Below are positions 29,001 through 37,780 of a stretch of DNA of 64,000 nt, piece after piece. This stretch comes from Oligoflexales bacterium (lineage in GTDB: Bacteria; Bdellovibrionota_B; Oligoflexia; Oligoflexales; Bog-1112). Within the stretch, counting starts at the first letter, position 1. The number at the start of each line of letters is the position of its first letter. The notes beneath the pieces were generated by a model. That model was given only the letters and a program-made list of their open reading frames with translations, was not told the origin of the DNA and did no database searches. The stretch covers positions 1 through 64,000 of the forward strand of contig JBGCDR010000036.1 of assembly GCA_045105515.1 (NCBI GenBank). The letters are read 5' to 3'. The position numbers and the translations under genes were made by a program.

Positions 29001-30158
29001 ATGAAGATTTATTACTCACTATCATTGGCCCTTTTTGTATTGATTGGGTTTTGCAATTGTAATCAGAGTATTCACGATCTCCAATTCAGGGGAGAGAATA
29101 TAGACTCTTTGAAAGATCTTGATTCTACTAAACGTGGCAGCTTTTACAACGATTATGAATCTAAGAAAGAAGTAGAATATCTGCAGGATTACGAAGCTAG
29201 AGATGACAAATTTTTTGATCTAAGCTCATATTTGAATCATAAAGAAGTTCAAAGATGGGTAGGCTACTATCAAGGGAAAGGCAGATATGGTCTAGTACAA
29301 GCTTTAAAAAGGGGGGAGAAGTATCGTCCTATGATAGAGGCGATATTTCTTGATAAAAATCTCCCTGTCGATTTTTACTACTTAGCTTTAATAGAAAGTA
29401 GCTTTATTAGCAATGCTAGATCGCATGCTGGAGCTGTGGGTATATGGCAATTTATGCCAGCTACGGGAAAGCGATATGGATTGAGGGTCAATCACTTTGT
29501 AGACGAACGTAAGGATCCTATTCGTGCTTCTGTTGCAGCAGCAAGTTATATTGCAGATTTACATCGAGTTTTTCAAAACTGGTTTTTGGCATTGTCAGCC
29601 TATTCCTCTGGAGAAGGCCGTGTTCTGGGGGCAATTATGAGAAAAGAAACCCGTGACTTTTGGAGGCTTGCAGAGCAGAAGGCCCTCCCCAGAGAGACAC
29701 GCAACTATGTCCCTAAATTTATTGCTGCGATCTGGGTATCAAGGCAATTAGAATCAAGTGAACTCGCACGATGGAAAGCTGATTTTATCGAGCCTTTGCG
29801 TGGTCTTACAGTTTCTTCTGGGGTGAGTTTAAGTGAAATTAGTAGAGTAGCAAATGTTTCTGAAACTAAAGTAAAACTATATAACCCTCACCTCAAACAC
29901 AGCGTTATTCCTCCAGGTACAAGCAGTTATGTACTTTGGCTCCCGAAAAAGCTGGTTAACTCATCTTTAGAGTCTGCTATTGTCAAGCTTAGACCTTCAA
30001 AAGTTTCAAAGTCTTACAAAGTTAAAAAAGGGGATAATTTACATACCATTGCTCGAAGATTTGGGACTAACATAAGATCTATTAAGCGTGTTAACAACTT
30101 GGTACGAAGTCGTATTTATGCTGGACAGGTTCTCAAAATTCCTTCCAGTCATACTTAA
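29001..30158 (+). CDS. mltD: MltD-like lytic transglycosylase with C-terminal LysM
   Basis: YLALIESS, SHAGAVGIWQFMPATG, VDERKDP, ETRNYVPKF, LysM YKVKKGDNLHTIARRFG. Confidence 0.9.
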   Translation: MKIYYSLSLALFVLIGFCNCNQSIHDLQFRGENIDSLKDLDSTKRGSFYNDYESKKEVEYLQDYEARDDKFFDLSSYLNHKEVQRWVGYYQGKGRYGLVQALKRGEKYRPMIEAIFLDKNLPVDFYYLALIESSFISNARSHAGAVGIWQFMPATGKRYGLRVNHFVDERKDPIRASVAAASYIADLHRVFQNWFLALSAYSSGEGRVLGAIMRKETRDFWRLAEQKALPRETRNYVPKFIAAIWVSRQLESSELARWKADFIEPLRGLTVSSGVSLSEISRVANVSETKVKLYNPHLKHSVIPPGTSSYVLWLPKKLVNSSLESAIVKLRPSKVSKSYKVKKGDNLHTIARRFGTNIRSIKRVNNLVRSRIYAGQVLKIPSSHT

Positions 30159-30227
30159 AGGATTATTGGCTGAACCTGTCAAAAGTTGAGAACTTAAGAG
30201 TTAGCTCAGCCTAGGTTATTTTTTTGC

Positions 30228-31463
30228 TCAAGAAGATAGCTCTATTAGAAAAGAAAGTGCCAATTTAGCAAACTTACTTGCGTGAATAGCTTTGTGCTCC
30301 GATTTATCTATGGTATCACTTGATGTGTGAATGTGTTGATTGTGTGTGTCCATAGTAGATTCGAAAGGAAAGGATGCTGGAAATCCATTTCTTGTCCAGG
30401 AAGCGTGGTCTGAGCAAGCATACCCACATGGATCTAGGATCCAACTTAGTTCACTTTGGTACTCATCAATGAGGCCTCCAAGGAATTCATTTTGGGCAGC
30501 ATTGGTAAAATCTGATATAAGTATAATATCATTGCTAGAACCTTTAAAATTAGTCATATCGAGCTGCATCACGCCCTTCACGTTTTGCTGATCATCTTTT
30601 GCTTTTTCAGCAATCTCTTTTGAACCTCTAAGGCCAACTTCTTCAGCCGCATAAGAAATAAATTTTATGGTACGTTTAGGCTCAAAGTTCTGAGCAACAA
30701 GAATTCGGATAACTTCCGTGATCGTTGCAATACCTGAGGCATTGTCATCTGCACCAGGAGCTAGAACATTGTTGCCAGGAAACCAGCCAGCAATTGAGTC
30801 TCCATGGCCCCCTAATATTAAGGTTTCATCGCCAAGCTCACTTCCATGCCATGTCAGAATAACTGAAGGCTGTGGAAATGCGCTGTGTTCGAAAAGATCG
30901 ACTTCTATGGTATCAATACCTTTACTTAAGTTTTTCCACTTCTCAAGAATCCATTGCTGAGACTCGATCCCAAAGTTAGATTTATAATAACGATTCCGAA
31001 AATTGGATAAAGATTCAATTGTTGAAGCCATGGTGTTGGCATCAACTTGCTCTATGCTCTCTCTTACTTCTTGCTGTTGGTCAATCTGATAAAAGTCTGC
31101 TTCTTGTTTTTTTATTAAAGAAGCTGCTTTTTTCCAGTCATCAAATGCAGTTTTGGCTGATTCTTCAATCATAAAACCTCCACATCGCCCAAACTTCGAG
31201 TGAATTAATTTAGATAAAAAATCAATATCCCGCTCAGGAATCTGTAATACTGCAATAGAACCCTCTTGGCCCAGGTGTGCGCTAGCGAATTTAAAGTGCT
31301 CTTGCAAAATGTGTAGGGTATCGGAGTCTACTGATACATGAACTAGATTTTCTTTGCTGCTTTGATTGAAAGCGATACAAAACACCAGTAAGCTTGCAAA
31401 GGTGAATTTGGGTATAAAAGCCATTTTAATTTCCCCCATTTGGTTTGCATATTTTATAAGCAT
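30228..31463 (-). CDS. M28 bacterial leucyl aminopeptidase (Vibrio Lap-like) with propeptide
   Basis: RCGGF in prodomain; GGHGDS, PGADDNASG, YAAEEVGLRGS, QLDMTNF, CGYACSDHASW. Confidence 0.93.
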   Translation of the reverse strand: MLIKYANQMGEIKMAFIPKFTFASLLVFCIAFNQSSKENLVHVSVDSDTLHILQEHFKFASAHLGQEGSIAVLQIPERDIDFLSKLIHSKFGRCGGFMIEESAKTAFDDWKKAASLIKKQEADFYQIDQQQEVRESIEQVDANTMASTIESLSNFRNRYYKSNFGIESQQWILEKWKNLSKGIDTIEVDLFEHSAFPQPSVILTWHGSELGDETLILGGHGDSIAGWFPGNNVLAPGADDNASGIATITEVIRILVAQNFEPKRTIKFISYAAEEVGLRGSKEIAEKAKDDQQNVKGVMQLDMTNFKGSSNDIILISDFTNAAQNEFLGGLIDEYQSELSWILDPCGYACSDHASWTRNGFPASFPFESTMDTHNQHIHTSSDTIDKSEHKAIHASKFAKLALSFLIELSS

Positions 31464-31530
31464 ATCACAAGCTTTGGACGGAGAGAGAATTAGTGTAATT
31501 TTACCCCAAAACTGTATAAAGGAGTTTTTG

Positions 31531-32151
31531 ATGTCTAAGCTAACATTACACCATTACTATCGGTCTACTTGCTCTTGGCGGGTTCGTTGGGCTTTGCATT
31601 ACAAAGGTATCCCTTTTGACACGGTAGCTGTTAATTTGTTGAAGGGGGAACAGAATCAGCAGCAGTATATGAACTTCAACCCCATGTCATATGTGCCCAG
31701 TCTATCTGTTGATGGTGAAACCTTTAGCGAATCTGTTGCAATCCTAGAGTGGTTAGAAGAAGTCCATCCGAAGCCAAGTTTGTTGCCTCAGGATCCGCTT
31801 TCTCGTATGAGAGTAAGGCAGCTTTATCAGCTTATAGCATCGAGTACTCAGCCTCTCCAAAATTTAGCCGCTCAAAAATATTTTTCTCCGGAAAAAAGCC
31901 AGCAATGGAAGTATGCAAGACATTGGATTAACAAAGGATTTTCTGCTTATGAAACTTTGTTGCAAACTACAAAAGGAAGCTTTAGCTTTGGTGAATCGCT
32001 GACATTGGCAGATATATGTTTGCTACCTCAGTGTTTTAACGCTTTGAGATTTGGTCTTGAAATTGAGAATTATCCCCTAATCCATGAAGTTTATAAGCGT
32101 TGTCTTAGCCTAGAACATTATCAAAAATCTGTTCCAGAAAAATACCAATGA
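31531..32151 (+). CDS. maiA: Maleylacetoacetate isomerase (GST zeta class)
   Basis: YYRSTCSWRVRWAL, ESVAILEWLEE, TQPLQNL, TLADICLLPQ; AAGGAG RBS before ATG 31531. Confidence 0.9.
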   Translation: MSKLTLHHYYRSTCSWRVRWALHYKGIPFDTVAVNLLKGEQNQQQYMNFNPMSYVPSLSVDGETFSESVAILEWLEEVHPKPSLLPQDPLSRMRVRQLYQLIASSTQPLQNLAAQKYFSPEKSQQWKYARHWINKGFSAYETLLQTTKGSFSFGESLTLADICLLPQCFNALRFGLEIENYPLIHEVYKRCLSLEHYQKSVPEKYQ

Positions 32152-32200
32152 ATAAATGATTAATTTGGGATTTTTTTAATTTTTGTGAAATAGTCTTAAG

Positions 32201-32227
32201 CAAGTTTTCGTTTTTATTTCCCGATAA
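32201..32227 (+). promoter_or_regulatory. Candidate sigma28 (FliA) promoter
   Basis: CAAG-N15-CCCGATAA 26 bp upstream of ATG 32254. Confidence 0.55.
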
Positions 32228-32253
32228 CGTGTTTAATAAGCGAGTATATTTCT

Positions 32254-33351
32254 ATGAACAATTATATACGCCAATTAAAGGCTTTTGTATTAATTATAAT
32301 TGCTGCTGACTTTACGCCAATGTCAATAGGTTTAGTCCAAGCAGAAAGTCTTGATAAAGAAGAAGTAGAAACATTGAGCAAGGCAGAAAAATCTCCAGAA
32401 AAAGCCGATGAATCAAAAAAAATAAGTCAAGATTCCGGCAAGCCAAAAGAACTGAAAAAAAATGCCGAAAATTATGAAGATGAAGAGGATTTTGAATTCG
32501 AGCCAGATAAATTGAGTTCCGATGCTAATTCAAATGCAGCTGATGGGGCAAAGGGGACAAATGAATCAGATGCTGCATATGAAGACAATCCAGGAAAAAT
32601 TGCGGATTTAGAAAAAGATGCGAAGGAAGCTTTTTCTTATGATCCCTATCGGTCTTTAAACCTTCTGTTAAGTCCAGGTTCAGAAAAACTTCAAGCTCAA
32701 GGAGGTAGTAGCAATTATAGTGGAAGCTCACAGTTCTTGGGAGTAGACCTCAGTTTGAATTTTGAGCCAAAGCTATGGAAGGGGTTTAGTCTCCAATTTT
32801 TCATTCATTTTCATGAGTTTATTACTACAAATTTTATAAGGGTACGCTCTGATAGAGGATCTATGTCCACAGATACTTTGCGATTCCAGCGTTCAAACTT
32901 TGGTATCACTTTGCAAAAAAATGTATTTCAATTCGAGCATGCTCATCGGTTCTATGTCAATCTAGGAATTTTTGCTTCCCAGCTCCCTATTCTAGAAACA
33001 GCCTCCTATAGCATAGGAGCAACTAAATTGGATAGCTTCTACTACACAGGAGTAACTACTGGTGGTGCCTACGAATTTTTTTGGTCAGAGCGAGGCAAGC
33101 TATTCTTGAATGCGCACTATCTGGCCAGATCATTTAATTCCCGGAAAACAATAGAGAGAATACTATTGACCCTTGGGGTCAAATATCGTTTGGTTGACAA
33201 ACTTTTTCTCCGCACAAGTGTGAGGTGGGTGAAGGAATCGGCAGACTACAATCTATATTGTCCTGATGATCAAGCGGTAAATTGCAGCACTAAAGGAAAG
33301 GTAGAAAGCCTATTGTCATATGGACAGCTGGGTATTGGGGTTGATTTTTGA
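32254..33351 (+). CDS. Probable outer-membrane beta-barrel protein with a long acidic N-terminal region
   Basis: Signal peptide, about 100 aa of E/D/K/S-rich low complexity, alternating amphipathic strands, C-terminal YGQLGIGVDF. Confidence 0.7.
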   Translation: MNNYIRQLKAFVLIIIAADFTPMSIGLVQAESLDKEEVETLSKAEKSPEKADESKKISQDSGKPKELKKNAENYEDEEDFEFEPDKLSSDANSNAADGAKGTNESDAAYEDNPGKIADLEKDAKEAFSYDPYRSLNLLLSPGSEKLQAQGGSSNYSGSSQFLGVDLSLNFEPKLWKGFSLQFFIHFHEFITTNFIRVRSDRGSMSTDTLRFQRSNFGITLQKNVFQFEHAHRFYVNLGIFASQLPILETASYSIGATKLDSFYYTGVTTGGAYEFFWSERGKLFLNAHYLARSFNSRKTIERILLTLGVKYRLVDKLFLRTSVRWVKESADYNLYCPDDQAVNCSTKGKVESLLSYGQLGIGVDF

Positions 33352-33353
33352 CA

Positions 33354-35690
33354 TCAGAGTCGTGATTTTGATGATGAATTATCTATTGATACTAAATAGC
33401 CCGTAAGATGATCCAAATGCGGTAGGTCTTCAAATGCTCCACCATACCATTTCTTATAGTAAAAATAATTGCGAAGGATGAGTTTTACATAATCACGAGT
33501 TTCTTTATATGGTATGCGTTCAATAAAATAGAGAGGGTCAGAGGTGTCGAATCTTTTTCTCCATCTGCTAATAACAGTTGGCCCTGCATTATAAGCAGCT
33601 AAGCTAATGGGGATATGGTTGTAACGGTTAAGTAGATGATTAAGGTAATGAGTTCCTAGGATAATATTGGTTTCTATCTCATATAAAGAAGATGAATTTC
33701 TACTTTTCCGGATTAATTTTTTCTTCTTTTTATAAGAAACATAGGTCTTTCTGAGTCTCTTTGCTTCAAGCCTTGCTGTTCGCTTCATAAGCTGCATAAG
33801 GCCTCTAGCACCTGCTCCAGAAAATGCTTTAGGATTAAATACGCTTTCTTGACGAATTACCGAGAAGACAAGATCAGGATCTATTCCGATTTTGGAAGAA
33901 TATAGCTCAACATTATTAGCGTATTTTTTAGGAAATAAAATCTTTTCAATTCCATAAGGGAGGGTTTGCCTGTAATCTCTTGGAAGGTTGCTATATAACT
34001 TAATTGAATCGAGCCATTTTCCAGCTGCATATAAAAGCAAGGCGCGCATAGTCTGCAACTGCAAGGATCCTTCGTCATCCTGAATTTCACCAATCTCACA
34101 AGCTGCTTGTTCATTTAGCCCGAGTTTGAGTAAAGTTTCTGCTCGTTTGATCTTGGTCTGAATAGGTACCGACAGAGCTGCTTGCAGAGCTTGGCTATCG
34201 AATTTGCTGGTACGGAGAGGTTGCAGTGCAAATTTCTTATTTGTATATCGCTCTACCATATAGTGGGACAGAGCTCCGTAATAGGTAGAAAAAAACTCGT
34301 TTGCAGCATACTTCCAAAATTGAATTGCCTCTCCTATTTTATTTAGCTCCATTGCAGCTCTACCCGCCCAAAAAAGAGCGAATCCTAGGCTTGAAATCTG
34401 CTTAAATTCTGGATCAAACTCTCTTCCTCTATAGATCATATCTTTTGCTAGTAGGTATGCTGCACTCCATTCACCAAGGCCAATGTGAGTTAAAAGTAAT
34501 GCTCCCATAGCTTTGATGTGGTTCTTATGTTTAGGAAAAGAGTGTATAAATTGCTGGTAGCGTTCTCGCGCTTTTTCGTAGAATTGTTCATTCTCATCAA
34601 TTCTAGCCCATAAATATAAGGACTCAGCCTGAATTTCTTCGTCGCCTGAAATGCTACTCTTGCTCCATAGGTCTGAGACGATGGATCGTGCTTTTTGGTA
34701 CTTATCTGCGTTCCATTGGTGTTTTGCTAATTCCAGCTGGACAAAGGACCAACCTTTTTCGCCGAAAGCACGAGACATGGGTTTGGCAATGGACTTGAGA
34801 AAAACCAAGCGTGATGATCTTCTTTTTGAGCGATAACATTTACTAATTTTTTCTATATGACCACGCACTGCGGTTAGAAGCTCCGATTTAGGATTCTCCT
34901 TCAGTGTTCTTAGCAGGGCCTTCTTTGCTGAGTAGCAATGTCTTTTTTTTGTTAGATATGAAATTTTATCCAGTTTTGATTTTGATTTTTGATCAAATGA
35001 TATGTAGCGAGCCAAAGATTTTTTTAATTCAGGAAACTTGTTACTTAGGGTTCGCAATTCTGCTTCATAAAGTTTTTTTTGTCGAGATGAAAGGGAGTTC
35101 AAGAATATTCTGAGGGTATTTTTGACAGCGTTAAAATTGTTGGCCTTTTCTAAAATAAACAATAAATTGCGAGTTTTATTCTTATTATTTCTAACAAACT
35201 GTTTATCTGTGAGATGTCTATGAATGTATTTATATGCGGGGCACGACAAACCTGATGGGTCTTTAAGAAGATTTTGAAAGTATTCGTCCTGATTTTTCCA
35301 TTTCGATCTGCTATTTTTATATTTTAGTTCTAAAATATAAGGATAAAGTACATGACTATATGATTCATCTAGTTTTATGTCAAAGTGCTTACTAAGTTCA
35401 TCTATTTTTTTTCTTCTATGTTCTTTTTTGGCATGGATTATACTTGCATAGTCTAAGCTTACTTGATCAAGACTACTTATGCCATTTGAAAAAGGAGCTT
35501 GGCTTTTTTTTGAAGTATCATGGACTTGCAACCATTCTTCTAGTTCTTTATCATTGGCAATGCTTTGGTGCACTGCTTCTACCATTTGGTAGCGCTCAGG
35601 TAAAATGGTAGCAAACATCGTTTTCGAAATTGCCAGAGTAAATAACAGCAAGCATATTTTAAGTAGTTCCTGCATGCAAACCAACCGCAT
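33354..35690 (-). CDS. slt: Slt-family lytic transglycosylase with helical repeat region
   Basis: VIRQESVFNP..SGAGARGLMQLM, AAYNAGP, FIERIPYKETRDYVK. Confidence 0.92.
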   Translation of the reverse strand: MRLVCMQELLKICLLLFTLAISKTMFATILPERYQMVEAVHQSIANDKELEEWLQVHDTSKKSQAPFSNGISSLDQVSLDYASIIHAKKEHRRKKIDELSKHFDIKLDESYSHVLYPYILELKYKNSRSKWKNQDEYFQNLLKDPSGLSCPAYKYIHRHLTDKQFVRNNKNKTRNLLFILEKANNFNAVKNTLRIFLNSLSSRQKKLYEAELRTLSNKFPELKKSLARYISFDQKSKSKLDKISYLTKKRHCYSAKKALLRTLKENPKSELLTAVRGHIEKISKCYRSKRRSSRLVFLKSIAKPMSRAFGEKGWSFVQLELAKHQWNADKYQKARSIVSDLWSKSSISGDEEIQAESLYLWARIDENEQFYEKARERYQQFIHSFPKHKNHIKAMGALLLTHIGLGEWSAAYLLAKDMIYRGREFDPEFKQISSLGFALFWAGRAAMELNKIGEAIQFWKYAANEFFSTYYGALSHYMVERYTNKKFALQPLRTSKFDSQALQAALSVPIQTKIKRAETLLKLGLNEQAACEIGEIQDDEGSLQLQTMRALLLYAAGKWLDSIKLYSNLPRDYRQTLPYGIEKILFPKKYANNVELYSSKIGIDPDLVFSVIRQESVFNPKAFSGAGARGLMQLMKRTARLEAKRLRKTYVSYKKKKKLIRKSRNSSSLYEIETNIILGTHYLNHLLNRYNHIPISLAAYNAGPTVISRWRKRFDTSDPLYFIERIPYKETRDYVKLILRNYFYYKKWYGGAFEDLPHLDHLTGYLVSIDNSSSKSRL

Positions 35691-35714
35691 TTTAAATTGA
35701 TTGAACGAAATACC

Positions 35715-37091
35715 TTAGAGAAAATCTAGACTATCATCATCATCATCGTCATCTTCTATCTCATCGTCAAATTCATCAATCATCGAAGGACGAACATTGT
35801 CACCTTTTGATGAGAGGGTGAAATCAAGGCCAATACTCTCATCAACATTCTCATCAACGTTCTCACTAGTTTCCGATGGGAGACTAGGAATAGCAAACTC
35901 TGGGGGGACTCCCTTACCTAATTTACCTGCCAAATCTGTGTAGCTTCGTTTAGCTTTTTCAAAACTATCATCCATCCTGATTGCTTTTTCTAAGCAGTTC
36001 AATGCCTCAGGGTTTTTTTGCCAACGCCGGTAGCCGATACCTTTGTTAAAAAGGAGTCTTGCTGCTATCTTATTGTCTTCTTTGATAGCCGTTAGAGCAG
36101 AATCATATAGTTCCATACCTTGCTGGTATTTTCCTTTGCGCATTGTAAACACTGCCGAAGAGTTGAAAACTGAAGCTAATTCTCTTGGTGACTCGATTGA
36201 GTTCAATAGATCTAAGGCTTCATTGACTTCCCCTTCCAGTAGCAGACACTGTCCCTCGCCTTTAAGAGCTTCTTGATTGTCTGGTGCAAGACCTCTTGCT
36301 TCTTGAAATACACTTTTCGCTTCACCAATTTCATCACAATTAATAAGAACTTTACCTAATTGAAGTAAGCGATCAACATTAAAGGGGTTGATAAGTTTTG
36401 CTTTTTTCAAAGACTCGCTTGCTTCTTTGAATTTACCAATCTTCATTCTACATCTACTGAGTAATTGTAATGCTCGGATATAGGGGGGGTCAAGGTACTC
36501 AATAGGTTCTAACAAGGACAAAGCTTGTTCCCACTGGTTGGCATAAATGCGGTTTACAGCTAATTCAGCTGCAACTTTGGGGTTGTTTGGGAGCTTTTTC
36601 TGTAAGCCTTCTAGCAGACTTGTCGCTCCATCCCAATCGCCCGCACTCCTATTCTTATTAACTTTACTAAGAATGTTACGCAGCGGACCATTGTAGCCTT
36701 CATCCTGGGCAATCATTTTAAGTAGCTCTAGAATTTTTTTGATACTTATTTCACCGGCATGAAGTTTACTAACATGGTATTCATAGCTTACCCCAACAAG
36801 ATGTTTTGATACTGAATTGGCAATTAAAAGAATTGGTCTAGTTTCGATTTTTTGTGACTTAGCTGACTTTTCTAGAGTTTCAACAATTGCCTCTGGACCC
36901 AGTTCCCAATCTAGGATTAGCAAAGATCGGTCATTCTTACTTATTTCTTCGGTAGCCAAATCGCTGTTAGCAACGGGAATAATTTTAATTGCAGAGGAAA
37001 ATTTTTTAACGGCTTCTCTAACCGCATCCCTTATTTCCATCCTTGAGCTAAAGAAGATGATTTCGGTGAAAGGCGGCTTTGGCACGGCCAT
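35715..37091 (-). CDS. Receiver-like domain plus TPR protein with acidic tail
   Basis: LLILDWELG...PILLI; multiple TPRs (LINPFNVDRLLQLG, LLFNKGIGY); D/E-rich C terminus. Confidence 0.8.
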   Translation of the reverse strand: MAVPKPPFTEIIFFSSRMEIRDAVREAVKKFSSAIKIIPVANSDLATEEISKNDRSLLILDWELGPEAIVETLEKSAKSQKIETRPILLIANSVSKHLVGVSYEYHVSKLHAGEISIKKILELLKMIAQDEGYNGPLRNILSKVNKNRSAGDWDGATSLLEGLQKKLPNNPKVAAELAVNRIYANQWEQALSLLEPIEYLDPPYIRALQLLSRCRMKIGKFKEASESLKKAKLINPFNVDRLLQLGKVLINCDEIGEAKSVFQEARGLAPDNQEALKGEGQCLLLEGEVNEALDLLNSIESPRELASVFNSSAVFTMRKGKYQQGMELYDSALTAIKEDNKIAARLLFNKGIGYRRWQKNPEALNCLEKAIRMDDSFEKAKRSYTDLAGKLGKGVPPEFAIPSLPSETSENVDENVDESIGLDFTLSSKGDNVRPSMIDEFDDEIEDDDDDDDSLDFL

Positions 37092-37101
37092 TTTTGTGTC
37101 C

Positions 37102-37755
37102 TTAAACTTGCCCGATTTCTATTTGAGGGGCGTAAGAGGGCTCTTTACTTGCTGATAATATTGATATTTGGAGGTTTTCAGCTTCTAAAACCATTTCCTT
37201 CAGAAGTGGTTCGATGCGATTAAGAAGAAGATGAGCACAATGTTTCCAATTCCCTTTTTTAATTGAGTTATCCAATTCTTTGAGTGGTCTCGCTATGAGT
37301 CGCGCAAGCCCATTTACTGGTGCCATTTCTTTTTGGCTGTAGTCCATAATACCATTTATGTGATTTATAAGCTCGAGAATGAGAGCTAGGTCGTTTGAGG
37401 TATCTACAACTTGTTTCAAGCCGATTTCTGAACTTTCCTCCCAGCACTCCACTGCTATTCGCTTTAACCTTTTTTCGATAGCATGAGCTAGATCCCTGAT
37501 AGCATCTAATGTTTTAATTGATAAGTCCCATGGAGATTCAATCTGGACTTCTAGATTGCATGACTCATTGAGACTTGCCAGACTTAACTCCTCCCTACTT
37601 GCATCAATCATATCGGTACCGTTTAGGTAGATTTTTGTTAAGATTGAGTTTTTTGGAATCAAGGTGTCTTCTATCCACGACAGTGCATCATTCAAATTTT
37701 GTATAGGTACGGGGACAGGTATTTCTTTGTTGCCGACTACTATTTTTTTTAGCAT
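37102..37755 (-). CDS. Conserved-looking hypothetical protein
   Basis: N-terminal beta-grasp-like segment (ILTKIYLNG) and helical C terminus; GAGG RBS before ATG 37755. Confidence 0.75.
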   Translation of the reverse strand: MLKKIVVGNKEIPVPVPIQNLNDALSWIEDTLIPKNSILTKIYLNGTDMIDASREELSLASLNESCNLEVQIESPWDLSIKTLDAIRDLAHAIEKRLKRIAVECWEESSEIGLKQVVDTSNDLALILELINHINGIMDYSQKEMAPVNGLARLIARPLKELDNSIKKGNWKHCAHLLLNRIEPLLKEMVLEAENLQISILSASKEPSYAPQIEIGQV

Positions 37756-37780
37756 ATTTGCCTCTTGGCTTTGAGTTGGA

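Noticed and set aside
31366..31530. N-terminal extensions from the ORF track (maiA, also tyrS, RRM, subunit IV, crotonase)
   Set aside because: Downstream starts fit the RBS and family N termini better; the extensions overlap neighbours
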